From an uncultured Planctomycetaceae bacterium (GTDB lineage Bacteria; Planctomycetota; Planctomycetia; Pirellulales; PALSA-1355): DNA of 64,000 nt. The number at the start of each line of letters is the position of its first letter. Positions within the stretch are counted from its first letter, which is position 1. Of this stretch, positions 1 through 11,514 are shown piece after piece. A model generated the notes under the pieces. The model was not told where the DNA came from and ran no database searches. It was given only the letters and a program-made list of their open reading frames with translations. A program made the position numbers and the translations under genes. Location of the stretch: contig CAWAUV010000007.1 of the NCBI GenBank assembly GCA_963785305.1, positions 704,001-768,000 on the forward strand. Reading direction: 5' to 3'.

Positions 1-134
1 GCGAAGGCAACCACCGTCGCCAGCACGACCGCGGCCAACGGAAGCGCGCTGCCCGAGCGACCCGACGGCGAACCGGCGTCGCCGGAGATGCGGGCAAAAC
101 CTCGTGCCGGTCGCGTCCAGAAGGGCTGTTTCAT
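1..134 (-). CDS. 5' end of a probable exported or membrane protein (runs off the window)
   Basis: ATG at 134 opens MKQPFWTRPARGF...SALPLAAVVLATVVAF with no stop before the edge; basic N-terminus then a hydrophobic stretch. Confidence 0.4.
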   Translation of the reverse strand, partial: MKQPFWTRPARGFARISGDAGSPSGRSGSALPLAAVVLATVVAF

Positions 135-458
135 AGCGGACTTTTCCTTCATCGCCGCGGCGCCGATTTTACCGTCTCTCGGGCCTTGGCGTGGTGTTTG
201 GTCAACACAATCGGGCCTCGCTGTTGCCCCGCGGCCACATTCGCCGCGATGGCTCGCCACGCGCGCGCAGCTCGGCGAGCGACCTATGTTTATCAAGAGC
301 CCCCCGGGCATTTGACTTAGGTCGCGCACTTCCCTCGCCGCGTTCGCGGCGAGCTCGCGACCGGCACACGGTTTGCGATTTCGAATGCCCGGCGGCGCTC
401 TTCACATCTCGATTGGTCGATCGTCTCATCTCATCTCGCTCTTATCAGGAACTCGCTT

Positions 459-757
459 ATGCTGTCCGCCATTTGGGGACCGAGCTCGGCCGCGCCCCTT
501 GGTGTCTCTGAGTTTGCAGCACATTGCCCTCACGCCCGCCGAGCGACTCGGCGTTAGTTACCAGATCGAACCGACCTATGGCCAGACCGTTCGGGCCGAG
601 AGCCAATCGCGACATCGTGGAGTGGTATTCCGTGCCGCTCGGCGTGGGGCTGTATTTGGATAGTTTGCTCGGCGGCGGCATCAATGGGCAAGCGCTGCCG
701 CTGTTTATCAGCCTAGTGCCGGCCGGGCAAACTCGCCAACTCGATGTCATCGCCTGA
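459..757 (+). CDS. Possible small hypothetical protein, frameshifted
   Basis: Protein-like segments in successive frames (373..663 and 524..757); no recognisable motif. Confidence 0.2.
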
Positions 758-925
758 CGGCCCCGCTCGGTTGGCTGGCGGACAGCTCGGGCCTTGCCCC
801 GGCCCTGGCGGCCAATGATGATGCGTGGAGAAGGCCACGCCTTTCCGTGGGACCTTCCGTATTGGTCCGTGGCGACTTTATTTGCCCGCGTTCCGCCCCT
901 CATTCTTCTGGCGAGCTCCGAAATC

Positions 926-1504
926 ATGAAAACCGTTTCGCGCAGCGTTCGGGTGGTTGCTCCTAGGGTCGCTGGCCGGATGCGGGGCAGTGATGTCGGA
1001 GCCCGATGCTCCGCCGCCCGGCGCGTCGACGAAATCGATCCCGACCATGGGCCCCGGCGTCAAGCGGATGGAGCACGCGCCGAGTGAACCGCATTGGGCG
1101 GGCGACCATCGCTGGAGCGAGTCCGCCACGGCGGTCGATTCCTTGGGTCGCATCGGGGTCGCCTCGTTGCCGGCGCTCGTCGAACTGCTGCATGGCCAAG
1201 AAGAGCCGCTTCGCATCGCCTCGGCCCGAGCCATCGCGCTCATGGGGCCGACGGCCGAGTCGGCGGTGCCCGATCTCGTGGCAGCGATTTCCGACCCGAG
1301 CGCCGTGGTGCGCAAGAACGTGGTCCGCGCCCTGGGGCAAATGGGTCCGGCGGCCGAGCCGGCGATCGGAGCGTTGGTGAAAGAGGCGCGCGCGGAGCCG
1401 GGTCGCCGGAAATCGAAGTCGAGGTCGAGCGAGTATCTCCCGAGGCGCCCGCCGCCACGCGCCGCGAACCGCTCGAACGTCCCACGCCGCGGGACGGCGA
1501 ATGA
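926..1504 (+). CDS. HEAT-repeat (PBS lyase-like) probable lipoprotein, frameshifted
   Basis: LAGC lipobox-like motif; HEAT repeats 'ARAIALMGPTAESAVPDL', 'VRKNVVRALGQMGPAAEPAIGAL' in ORF 957..1580; both ends probably lie in other frames. Confidence 0.7.
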
Positions 1505-1532
1505 CGAGCCCGCGATGACCGCGCCCGATCGC

Positions 1533-3254
1533 TCACGACCGCGGGCCCAAAAGTCCGCGCGCGATCGGGGCATCGAATAATTGCGGCTCGTCGCCGGCGA
1601 GCGATTCGGCCACGAGCGTCGAAAGCTCGTCAGGCTCGGTCACGCGCCGCGCTCGCACGCCGAGCGAACGAGCCAGACCAACCATGTCGATCTCCGGTTG
1701 TCGCAGCTCGAGCCCGACGAACCGCTCGTCGAGGGCGGCCGGAAGTTTGAAGCCTCGAGCGCCGGCCTTGAGAATCTGGTACTGGGCGTTGTTGGGAACG
1801 ACGATCGTCACCGGCAGCCGTTAGTGCGCCGCCGACCACAGCGCCTGAATGCCATACATCGCCGCGCCTTCGCCGACGATTGCCAGCACCGGCCGCTCGG
1901 GCCAAGCCAGCTTCACTCCCATCGCGCAGCCGAGCCCCCAGCCCAATGTCCAGCCGCGATGTCCAAAATAGCCGCTCGTGTTCCTGAGCGCGCCAAGCCG
2001 CTGGAGGATGCGGCTCGGTGGTGGTGACGGCTTCTTCGATCACGGCCACGTCGGGCGGCAGCACTCGGGCCAAGCTATCCATGAAGACCGGCGGCGTCAT
2101 CGGCCGGGCGCCTCGCTCTCGACTCGATCTGCGCGACAAGCTCGCGGCGCTTCGCGTCTCGGCGACCGGTGTGCTCGCTCGCCCGCTGGGCGGCGCGGGC
2201 TTCTTGTTCGGCGGTGAGCCGCTCGGCGAGCAGGGCCCGTAGCTCGATGAGCGAGTCGCGCAGCATCACCCCACACACCGACCGCCGTCGGAAAGTTCTT
2301 GCCGAACTGGGCCGGATCGGCGTCGACATGCACGATCCGCGATTTGGCGGGGCACGGCCGGCTCGGGCGCGTGATACACATATTCGCGCAGCAAATCCAT
2401 GCCCACCACGAGCACGACATCGAACGGGCGCAAGCCGTTCGCGAATCTCGGGCGACCAGTGCGGCAATGTTTGCCCGTAGAGCGGGTGATCGGCCGGAAA
2501 CCCTTGGCGGCCGTGGGTGTGGCCCGGCTCGGAAAAGGCCACGGCGCCAAGCTGCTCGGCGATCGCGGCGAGCTCTCCGGTGGCGTCGACCTCGGCCACG
2601 CGGCTGCCAGCCAAGATCGCGGGATTTCGCGCCGCGAGCAGTAGCTCGACCGCGCGCTCGACCGCTTCGACCGGCGGGCGCACGCGCGACATCCACCCGC
2701 AAGGGCGGAGATACGTCGAGCTCCGCGATTTCCATTTGCACGTCGACCGGCAGCGAGAGAAACACCGGCCCCGTGGGCGGCGTGAGTGGCGATTTGCAAG
2801 GCGCGCCGCGTTGCCGATGGCAGGTCTTCGACCCGCTCGACCTCGGCGGCCCACTTGGTCCAGGGCCTGCGCCACCCGCACCATGTCGCCGCCGAGGATC
2901 GGGTCGGAGAATCGCAGCCGCCGATCTTGCTGGCCGGCGGTGACGATCAGCGGCGTGCCCTCGCGAAAGGCGTTGTAGAGCATGCCCATCGCGTTGCCGA
3001 GGCCGCAACTGATGTGCAAGTTGACCACCGCCGGTCGGCCGCGACGCCATTGCATAGCCATCGGCCATGCTCATGACCGGAATTTCTTGCAGCCCAAGCA
3101 CGTAAGCGAGCGGCGGTTGGTCCGACGCGGCGGCGGAGCGGGTTAGAATCGCATCGTTGAGCGGTAGCTCGGTGGTGCCGGGATTGCCGAAAATATAGCG
3201 CACGCCGGCCCCGGCCAGAATTTCCAAAAACGCATGCACGCCGCTGGTCCGCAT
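1533..3254 (-). CDS. Thiamine pyrophosphate-dependent enzyme, benzoylformate decarboxylase-like (several frameshifts)
   Basis: 'YIFGNPGTTELPL', 'MADGYA', 'VVNLH..CGLGNAMGMLYNA', 'LIVTAGQQD' and C-terminal 'NNAQYQILK' spread over ORFs 2097..3254, 2075..3061, 2266..2799, 1630..2139, 1533..1811. Confidence 0.85.
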
Positions 3255-3313
3255 TGGGGAACATCACTCCATTGAAAATTGTCGCGTGGGTTGAAGCATG
3301 CGAATCGCTTGGC

Positions 3314-4696
3314 TCATGCGTCGGCCGGGTGCGTCCAAGGGGCGCGATAGGGGCGGCGCAAGAGTTTGTTCGCTTCCTCGTCGCCGGTGACTCGCTGCAA
3401 CTTCGCGTCCCAGGCCAGCGTGCGGCCGAGTTGTTGCGACAGATTGGCCAGAATGCAACTGGCCGTCGAGATATGGCCTTCCTCGATATCGGCCACCGGC
3501 TTGCCTCGCGAGGCGATCGCTTCGAGAAAATTCTTCATGTGAGCCCGACCCGCCGGGGCGACATGTTTTTCGAGATCCTTCTCGGTCTTATCCTCGGGAA
3601 AGGCTTCGATCTCGTAGGTCACATCGCGATGCACGGCGGCCGCGCCTTTGTCGCGCGGCATATAGTCGTAGCCCATGACGCTCGCCTTGAGCGTGCCGCG
3701 ATCGCCGTAGAAGGTGGCGCCCCAGGGATATTTCGGGTCGGGCGCGTCGCCCCAGGAGCGATGCTGCCAGTTGATTTGCAGATCGCCATAGTCGAACACG
3801 ACCGACTGCGTGTCGGTGGTGTTGGCCTTGCTTTGCTTATCGACCAAGATGCCGCCGGCCGAAGCGATGCGTAGCGGCCAGCCAAGATCGAGCATCCAAC
3901 GGGTCATGTCGAGCATATGGACGCACATATCGCCCACGATGCCGTTGCTGTATTCCATGAATGCCCGCCACGAGCGCGGATGCACCAGTTTGTTATAGGG
4001 CCGCATCGGCGCCGGGCCGGTCCACATTTCATAGTCCAAGTTCTCGGGTGGCGCCGTGTCGGGCGGGTTTTCATGGGTGCGCATGTGGTAGTAGCAATAA
4101 ATCTCGACCAGCGCGATCTTGCCCAAGGCGCCGGAGCGAATGTAGCGGTCGCGCGCCTCGATCAAGTGCGGCGTGCTTCGCCGCTGGGTGCCCACTTGCA
4201 CCACTCGGCCATGCTTTCGCGCCGCGGCGACCATTGCCTGGCCCTCGGCCACATCGATGCTGATCGGCTTTTGCACATAGACATCGGCGCCCGACTCCAC
4301 GGCGGCGATCATCGGCAGGGCATGCCAATGGTCGGGCGTGGCCACGAGCACGATATCGAGATCGCGCTCGGCGAGCATCGGACGATAGTCGGCATGGGTC
4401 CGGGGCTTTTTCTTGCTTCGCTGCCGCTCGGCGATGCGATCGGCGGCGTCGGCGAGCATGAGCCGATCGACATCGCAAATGCCGACCACCTCGACCGGCG
4501 CGACTTGAATCAGCCGGAATACATCGCACTTGCCAAACCAGCCGGTCCCGATCACGCCGACCCGGAGCGGTTTGGTTTCCTCGGCGGCATGCACGTTCTT
4601 GGGCCGGGTGAAGCTCGAAAGCGCGAGCCCCGCGGCGCCCAGCGCGCTACCGACCCCCACGGCGCCGCCCACGCCCAGAAATTGTCGACGATCCAT
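3314..4696 (-). CDS. Gfo/Idh/MocA family oxidoreductase with Tat-like leader
   Basis: MDRRQFL leader; GVIGTGWFG; ATPDHWH; VYVQKP; VQVGTQRRS. Confidence 0.92.
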   Translation of the reverse strand: MDRRQFLGVGGAVGVGSALGAAGLALSSFTRPKNVHAAEETKPLRVGVIGTGWFGKCDVFRLIQVAPVEVVGICDVDRLMLADAADRIAERQRSKKKPRTHADYRPMLAERDLDIVLVATPDHWHALPMIAAVESGADVYVQKPISIDVAEGQAMVAAARKHGRVVQVGTQRRSTPHLIEARDRYIRSGALGKIALVEIYCYYHMRTHENPPDTAPPENLDYEMWTGPAPMRPYNKLVHPRSWRAFMEYSNGIVGDMCVHMLDMTRWMLDLGWPLRIASAGGILVDKQSKANTTDTQSVVFDYGDLQINWQHRSWGDAPDPKYPWGATFYGDRGTLKASVMGYDYMPRDKGAAAVHRDVTYEIEAFPEDKTEKDLEKHVAPAGRAHMKNFLEAIASRGKPVADIEEGHISTASCILANLSQQLGRTLAWDAKLQRVTGDEEANKLLRRPYRAPWTHPADA

Positions 4697-4773
4697 GAAC
4701 CCGCCCCTTGGATGTGGTCCGCCCGGAGAAATGAACTGAAATCACGCGCCCGATGGTTTCGCGGCTCGCCGCG

Positions 4774-5718
4774 TCAGTCGAACAGTCGGCTGACGGATTC
4801 GTTGCGGTGGATGCGCTTGATCGCTTCGCCGAGCAGCGGGGCCGCCGAGAGTGTTTTGATCTTGGGAATCTGCTGATGCGGCTTGAGCGGAATCGAATCG
4901 GTGATGACGATTTCCTTGATGTTCGACGCCTTGAGCTTCTCGATCGCGGCGCCGCAGAGCACGCCGTGCGTGGCGGCCACGTAGATTTCCTTCGCCCCGC
5001 GGTCCGTGAGCACGCGCGCGGCGCCGGTGATCGAGCCGGCGGTGCTGATCATGTCGTCGAACATCAGGCAGGTCTTGCCGCTCACGCTCGCCCCGATGAT
5101 GTTCTCGGCCCGAGTCGTTTCGGCGTTGGAGCGGCGCTTGTCGACGATCGCCAGGCTGCCGCCCAGGCGTTCTTGATGACGCACGGCGCGCTTGGTGCTG
5201 CCTTCGTCGGGGCTCACGATCACGAGTTGTTCCGGATCGAGCCGCATGTTGAGAAAGTATTCGTTGAGCACCGGCGCGGCATAGAGATGGTCGACCGGCA
5301 CATCGAAAAAACCTTGAATCTGCGGGGCGTGCATGTCCATCGAAAGCACGCGGTCGGCGCCGGCGCGGGTGATGATGTCGGCCACGAGCTTGGCCGTGAT
5401 CGGCACCCGGCCTTCGTCCTTGCGATCTTGCCGCGCGTAGCCGTAGTAGGGCATCACGGCGGTGATTCGCTCGGCGCTGGCCCGCTTCGCGCTGTCGATC
5501 ATGATGAGCAGTTCCATCAGATTCTCGTTCACCGGCGGGCAGGTCGGCTGCACGAGAAACACGTCGCGCCCGCGAATGTCCTCGTCGATCTTGCAGCAGG
5601 TCTCGCTGTCGGGAAACGTGTTGATGGTGATGCCCGCCACGGGCAGTCCCAGATAGTCGCACACGCGGCGCGTGAGACTCGGGTTGGCTCGGCCGCTGAA
5701 AATCTTGAGGTCGTTCAT
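4774..5718 (-). CDS. prs: Ribose-phosphate pyrophosphokinase
   Basis: PYYGYARQDRK, MDMHAPQIQGFFD, VSPDEG, FDDMISTAGS; 314 aa intact. Confidence 0.97.
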   Translation of the reverse strand: MNDLKIFSGRANPSLTRRVCDYLGLPVAGITINTFPDSETCCKIDEDIRGRDVFLVQPTCPPVNENLMELLIMIDSAKRASAERITAVMPYYGYARQDRKDEGRVPITAKLVADIITRAGADRVLSMDMHAPQIQGFFDVPVDHLYAAPVLNEYFLNMRLDPEQLVIVSPDEGSTKRAVRHQERLGGSLAIVDKRRSNAETTRAENIIGASVSGKTCLMFDDMISTAGSITGAARVLTDRGAKEIYVAATHGVLCGAAIEKLKASNIKEIVITDSIPLKPHQQIPKIKTLSAAPLLGEAIKRIHRNESVSRLFD

Positions 5719-6475
5719 CGTGGGGGGGAGTTTCCAGAGGCGCCGCGGCGCATTTCGGCTTCGACAATCGCCAACTCTTCGGGAGTATTGATGCTGAGCG
5801 CTTCCGAGGGCCGCAGGGCGGGGAGTGCCTCGACGGCGCGGCCGCGCGCATCAGCAGACCGGGACAATCGGTCAAATAGTATTCTTGCTGCGAATTGTCG
5901 GCGCGTAAATGCTCGAGCGCCCAAAGCAGGTCTTTCGCGTTGTAAACATAGCAGCTCAAGTTGACTTCGCGAATGGCTTGCTGCTCGCTCGTGGCGTCGC
6001 GCTGCTCCACGATTTCGGCGAAGCGGCCGGCCGAATCCCGCACCACCCGGCCCAGGCCCGCGGGATTTTCCTTGATTCCCGTGCCCAAAAGACAGGCCGG
6101 CCGACGCGCCGCGAATTCCGCCAGCAGCGCGCGCAGCGAATCGGCTCGGGTCATGGGAGAATCGCCGGCGAGCACGAGCACGGGCCCCTCGTGGGCCGCG
6201 ATTTCCTCGCGACACATCATCACCGCGTGGCCGGTGCCGTGTTGCTCGGCCTGAAGACGGCACGCGACGCTTGGACGGCTCTCGACGGCGCGGCGCACAT
6301 CATCGGCCCGATAGCCGACCACGACCACGGTCTTCTTGACGCCCACGGCCGCGAGCGTGTCGAGCACATAGTCGAGCATTGGCCGCCCGGCAACCGGCAC
6401 GAGCACCTTGGGCAGCTCGCTGCGCATTCGCGTGCCTTTGCCTGCCGCCATCACGATCGCCAGCGCTTCGCTCAT
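5715..6475 (-). CDS. glmU: GlmU N-terminal-like nucleotidyltransferase (UDP-GlcNAc pyrophosphorylase domain only), frameshift near 5845
   Basis: MAAGKGTRMRSELPKVL, EQHGTGHAV, IVEQRDA, QQEYYLTD; C-terminus 'EALSINTPEEL' in another frame; directly upstream of prs as in glmU-prs operons; no hexapeptide acetyltransferase domain. Confidence 0.8.
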
Positions 6476-6511
6476 GGTATCCTTTCGTTGCAGCCGCGGC
6501 CGGATCAAAGC

Positions 6512-7820
6512 TCACGCAACCCAGGGATCTCGTTCCGGACGCGATCGCAAGCTATTCGCCTCCTCGTCGCCTATAAACGCTTCTTTCGCCGGGTCGAACG
6601 CCAGCTTGCGATTTAGCAGCCAAGCGAGCGCCGCCGCATGGCAGGTGATGTGCGAGTGCCGCATCACCTCGGGATTGGCCACCGTCTGGCCGCGAGATTT
6701 CATGCAGTCGAAAAAGTTGCGCATGGGCCGGCACGTCGAGTCCCTTCACCTTGCCGGACCGCTCTTTGAGCTCGCTTTTGAGTGACGCCGGGTAGACTTC
6801 GATCTCTCCGCTATCGCCGGTCTCGACCCAGCCTTCGTCGCCGACGAATCGCACCGGGCAGGTGCCCAGGCGCGTAATCCAGCCGGTTCGCTCGCCGAAG
6901 GGCGTTGCCAGAAAATCGAGCACCAACTTCACGCCGTTGGCATAACGGCATGTCACATTCTTGGCCGTGGGTTCGTACTCGACCGGCATGGTGTCGTCGG
7001 CCTTGTTGGCCCATTGGCAAAGGTCGACCGTGTGGGCGCCCCAATCGAGCAGCCGCGAGCCGGAATCGAAGTCGTAGTACCCACGCCATTTGCCGGCCAC
7101 GTATTTCGAGTTGTAGAGCCGCCAAGGCGCGGGCCCCAGCCATAAGTTCCAATCGACCACGTCGCGCGGCGGCGTCGGCTCGCCGGGCAGCCAAGTGGTG
7201 TCGTTTTGCGGCACATAGACCGAGGCGTATAGCGTGTGGATCTTGCCAAGCTTGCCGCCGTGGGCGAGTTCGACCGCTTGCTGAAAATTCGGCACGCTCC
7301 GCCGCTGGGTGCCGGCTTGGAACACGCGGCCCGTGGTCTTGATCGCGTGGGCGAGCTCCTGACATTTGGCGATCGTAATGCCGCAGGGCTTCTCGCTGTA
7401 GACATCCTTGCCGGCTTGGGCCGCCATGATCGAGGCGTTGGCATGCCAGCGGTCGCCGGTGGCGATGAGCACCGCGTCGATATCCGAGCGGGCCACCAGT
7501 TCGCGAAAATCGCGATAGAGTTGGCAATCTTTATTGGCATAGCGGCCATCGACGAGCGTCTTGCCGGCCTCGCGCCGGCTGGCTTGCACATCGGCAATCG
7601 CCACGCAGCGCACATCGGGCAGTTCGAGCATTGACTTCAAATCATAGGTGCAGCGCGGACCGATGCCGATCACGCCCAGCGTGATTTTGTCGCTGGGAGC
7701 GACAGGCTTTTCGGCCGCCACGGCCGCGCGCGAAGCCAGCCACGGAATTGACGCCGCCGCGCCCGCCGCGAGCGAAGTTCGAAGCACTTCGCGGCGAGTC
7801 CAGTGGGATGCATCGCTCAT
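6512..7820 (-). CDS. Gfo/Idh/MocA family oxidoreductase with Tat-like leader, frameshift near 6725
   Basis: WTRREVL leader; GVIGIGPR; ATGDRWH; DVYSEKP; FQAGTQRRS; C-terminus in ORF 6512..6724. Confidence 0.9.
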
Positions 7821-8204
7821 CGGTGAATCTCCAGGAGAAAATCGAAGGCGCCGGAAGGGTTGTTGGGTCCGCGACGGACCCCCGCTGGTTGCCATCATCG
7901 CGCATTGCGCGGGGCCATGCAATCGCTCGGGCCGCGAAAAAACGAGCCGCGCCGAGCTTTGCTCGGCGCTTGGCGAGGTTGCAACATGCCACGATGGCAT
8001 TTTTCAACAGGCTGTCAGTTCGACTTTCGCGGTTTTCAAAAGTTCCGATAGCCCGATTCGTCGTGGCTTCTCCGATTTCGGCGCGTTTCCGGCAACCTTC
8101 GGCCTCTCGGTAACATGCAAAAATTGGCAGTTCGGCCGTCAAACTGTGCAAAACCCACGAGAAATCGGCGATTCGAGTGCTAGCAAAAAACGCGAAACTT
8201 GAAG

Positions 8205-9611
8205 TCAGGGCTTGCCCGCGTGGCGATTGAGTCGCATCTTTTTGCGAATCTCGGTTTGCAGCCGTTCGATCACATGGCGTTTGTCGTTGGCCGCGAGAAT
8301 TCGGGCGACGACGCTCTTGGGCGCTTCGCCGCCCCAGCTCGCGCCGTGTTCGAGATAATACTTCGCGGCTTGGCCCACGATGATCGAGCCATATCCGGCG
8401 GCGCCGGCCTGGGGTAGGGCCGTGAGCGCGTGGCTGGCGCCGAGCGTGAGCCCCTTGAACACCGAAAGGGCCACATTGGTCACCACTTCGCTCAGCATTA
8501 CCCAGCCAGCGGCTTTGATGATCGACAGCACCAAGTCCTTGGCGTTGTTGGTCGTGAGCGAGATGCCGTAGACATGGGCCAGCGTGATGACCATCGTGAT
8601 GTCGACGGCGCTCGCGCCCACGACATCGGCCACCGGCGCGAGCGTCATCGCCACGCCCACGGCTTTCATCACCGCGAAGCTCCAGATCACGGTCGTGGCC
8701 CGCTCGTCGCGCAGGCGCATCTTCACCGCCGCGATGCGATCGCTGCGGTCCGCGGCGTACATCGCGGCATTGAGCGCCAGCAGCGCTTTGCCGTCGCGGG
8801 CGAGAATCTCGAGAATGCGGAGCTTTAGGTCCTCGATCTTCGGCGGCGACTCGCGAAATTCGACTCGCGTCGAGCCGTCGGCCGATTCGATCACGTATTC
8901 GCGTGGCAATGGGTGCGCGGCGACTTCGATGATATCCTCGGGCGCCACGGCCCCACGGAGCGAATCGGCGAACACCTTGCGCAAGATCTCCCGCTCGTCG
9001 CGAGTGTAGTTGTCGATTTTATTGAACACCAGCACGATCGGCTTGTGAGAAGCCGCCAGTTCGCGCAGCTCGGCATGCTCGAGTTGATTCAAATCGGAAT
9101 CGGTTACGAACAGGATCAGATCGGCGCGAGCCGCCGCCGCGCGGGCCAGCGCGGCCCGTTCCTCCCCGGCCACTTCATTGATGCCGGGCGTGTCGATCAG
9201 GAGCAATTGCGAATGCTCGAAGCCGGGCGTCGCCACGCCGGACAACCGCCACGGCGCGGCCCAAGTTTCCCGTGTCCAACCGCCGCGCACATCGACCTGG
9301 GCGACTTGCTCTCCGACGAGGGCGTTGATCAAGGCCGATTTACCGGTGTCGATCTCGCCGAAGATCACGATCTCGACGCGCCCCTCGCGGAGCTTGCGAT
9401 CCATGGCCGCGAGCTCTTCGATCTCCTTCACCAGCTCGGCCTTTTCCTCGGCGGTGCAACCTGCGTGCAGTTCGATCGCGCGGCGCAGGCCCCCGAGCGC
9501 GTCGGCCAAGTGGCGATCACCATCGATTGCGACGCCGTCGGTCGCGGCGCCATCCAACGCCGAGGCGGGCTCGCCCTTCGATGGTCGAGACTCCGGAATG
9601 TTTTCGGTCAC
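8205..9611 (-). CDS. Era/MMR_HSR1-type GTPase with C-terminal DUF697 (YcjF-like) hydrophobic domain
   Basis: G1 GEIDTGKS, G3 DTPG, G4 NKID; GTG start overlaps the upstream gene's TGA. Confidence 0.85.
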   Translation of the reverse strand: MTENIPESRPSKGEPASALDGAATDGVAIDGDRHLADALGGLRRAIELHAGCTAEEKAELVKEIEELAAMDRKLREGRVEIVIFGEIDTGKSALINALVGEQVAQVDVRGGWTRETWAAPWRLSGVATPGFEHSQLLLIDTPGINEVAGEERAALARAAAARADLILFVTDSDLNQLEHAELRELAASHKPIVLVFNKIDNYTRDEREILRKVFADSLRGAVAPEDIIEVAAHPLPREYVIESADGSTRVEFRESPPKIEDLKLRILEILARDGKALLALNAAMYAADRSDRIAAVKMRLRDERATTVIWSFAVMKAVGVAMTLAPVADVVGASAVDITMVITLAHVYGISLTTNNAKDLVLSIIKAAGWVMLSEVVTNVALSVFKGLTLGASHALTALPQAGAAGYGSIIVGQAAKYYLEHGASWGGEAPKSVVARILAANDKRHVIERLQTEIRKKMRLNRHAGKP

Positions 9612-11225
9612 GGCAGTTCCTTCCCCGGCGAAGCGCCATCGCCCGGCGATGCTTTTTGCCCGCCGGCGTCTTGCGCGAAAACCAGCCGCTTGAGGCCCGA
9701 GCGCACGAAGTCGGCGAGCTCGCCGGGCCGGGTAAGCGATTTCCATTCCTCGCGCGCGACCGCGCCCCAGCCTTCGGCCGGTTCCCGCATGGCGTCGCGA
9801 AAATAGCGCATGAAAATCCGACCGATCCAACGCGTGACCAGCGCCTGGGTCAGCCCTTGCAGAATACCGCCGGTCAATGTGCCCACGCCGGGCACGGTCT
9901 TGAGCGTCGTGGCGATTGCCGCGCCAAGCGCGGGCCCGGCGATGCTCGTCCCGGTGACGCTCACCAGATGTTTGCTCATTTGCCCCAGGAGTTGCGTGGC
10001 GGTGTCGAGTGCCAGCGGCTGGCGATAGATTCCGGCCAGCTCGACCACCATCTTGGTCGTGAGGGCCAAACTGGCCGCAAGATCGATCATCGGCAGCGGG
10101 CTCAGCGCCGCCGCGGCGCCGGCTTGCCACATGGTCCGATCGACGATCTTGTTCGCCCGCCGGTCGATCTCGCCCTGCGCATGGGACCGAGCCGATATCG
10201 CCAAGCCCCGGGCACGGAGCAGCAGATTGGCCAGCAGCAGGTCTTGGCCCTCGCGCGAGACGATCTCCAGCAGCCGATCGGCGAGCGCCGTGAGATCGGG
10301 CTCCTCGGCGATGGTTTCGTCGATCTCCGAGCCATCGGCCGCCACTCGCACCCGCACCCGCTTCGTGGCCCGAGCGCGCACCGAAAGCACATTGTCTTTC
10401 GGCACGAGCGGGGTCACTTGATCGCAAATCTGCCGGCGCAATGTTTCGCGGTCGTCCGCGCGAAACCAATCTTCCTTGTTCACGCACACCACGATCGGCT
10501 TGTCGAGCTTGGCGAGCCGCGCGAGCATGTCGAACTCGAAGTTACGGAGAGGACCATCGACCACGAACAACACCAAGTCGGCGTCGCGGGCAATCAGCCG
10601 GGCGATCGCTTCGCGCTCCTCGCCGCCGGCTTCTTCGAGGCCGGGCGCGTCGACCAGCGTGACTTTCTCTTGGCCGGGCCAGGGGGCTTCGTTGCGGCGA
10701 AGCGTCGAGCCGGCCTTCACATCGGTTTTGAACATTTCGCCTCCGGCGAGCGCGTTCAAGAGCGATGACTTGCCGCTCGACACCGCCCCACAGGCCACGA
10801 TCTCGAGCCGCTCGGTCGACTGCTTGGCGGCGAGCTCTCGGGCGGCGGCTTCCAGCGAGCGGCGGGCCTCGACGGGAAAACCGGGATCGGCGGTCACCGC
10901 CCGGGCTTCGTGGAGCTGATGCGCGATTTCGTTTTGCCGTTCGGAGCGAGTCATGTCGGCGGGCCGCTTGGCCTCGACGCGGCGCCGGGCCTCTTTTTGC
11001 CGCGTGTTGTGCAGCAGCATCCAAGCCACGGACACGAGGAGCTGCGCTTACCGTGAGCGCGGCGACGCTCATGATCGCGAGAAAGATATAGCCCCAGATC
11101 GGGCTGAACTCCCGGGCCTCGCGATACTGTTCGCCCAGCCGCGGCGCCCAGAGGGTGAGAGCGTAGAGCACGGTCGCCACGAGAGCGACGGCGGCCAGCG
11201 GGGCGAGCGAGCGAAGACGAGCCAT
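9608..11225 (-). CDS. Membrane-anchored GTPase with DUF697 domain, frameshift near 11040
   Basis: Two N-terminal TM segments; G1 GAVSSGKS, G3 DAPG, G4 NKED; '[13 protein letters not shown]' DUF697-type motif. Confidence 0.85.
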
Positions 11226-11514
11226 CAGAAATTGCCGCCGTGGTGACGATCGAAACGAGGGAGCCGAGCCGCATGCGACCGCGACAAAGCCGGCCACGAA
11301 CCGCCGCGAGCGCCGTGACCCCGATTTTCGCCCAGCGAGCGGCGTTTCTCAAGTGGCTCGGGGTCATGGAGCGCGGCCACTTGCGAACGCTTTGCGATCC
11401 GCGATGGCGGGCGGCGCCGTGAAATTTGTTTGCTGCTCGCCGCGGCAACGCGTATCATCGCCAACAGCGGTGGTCTGGCGGAGCTTTGGCGCCGAGCTCG
11501 GGGAGAAGCGGATC

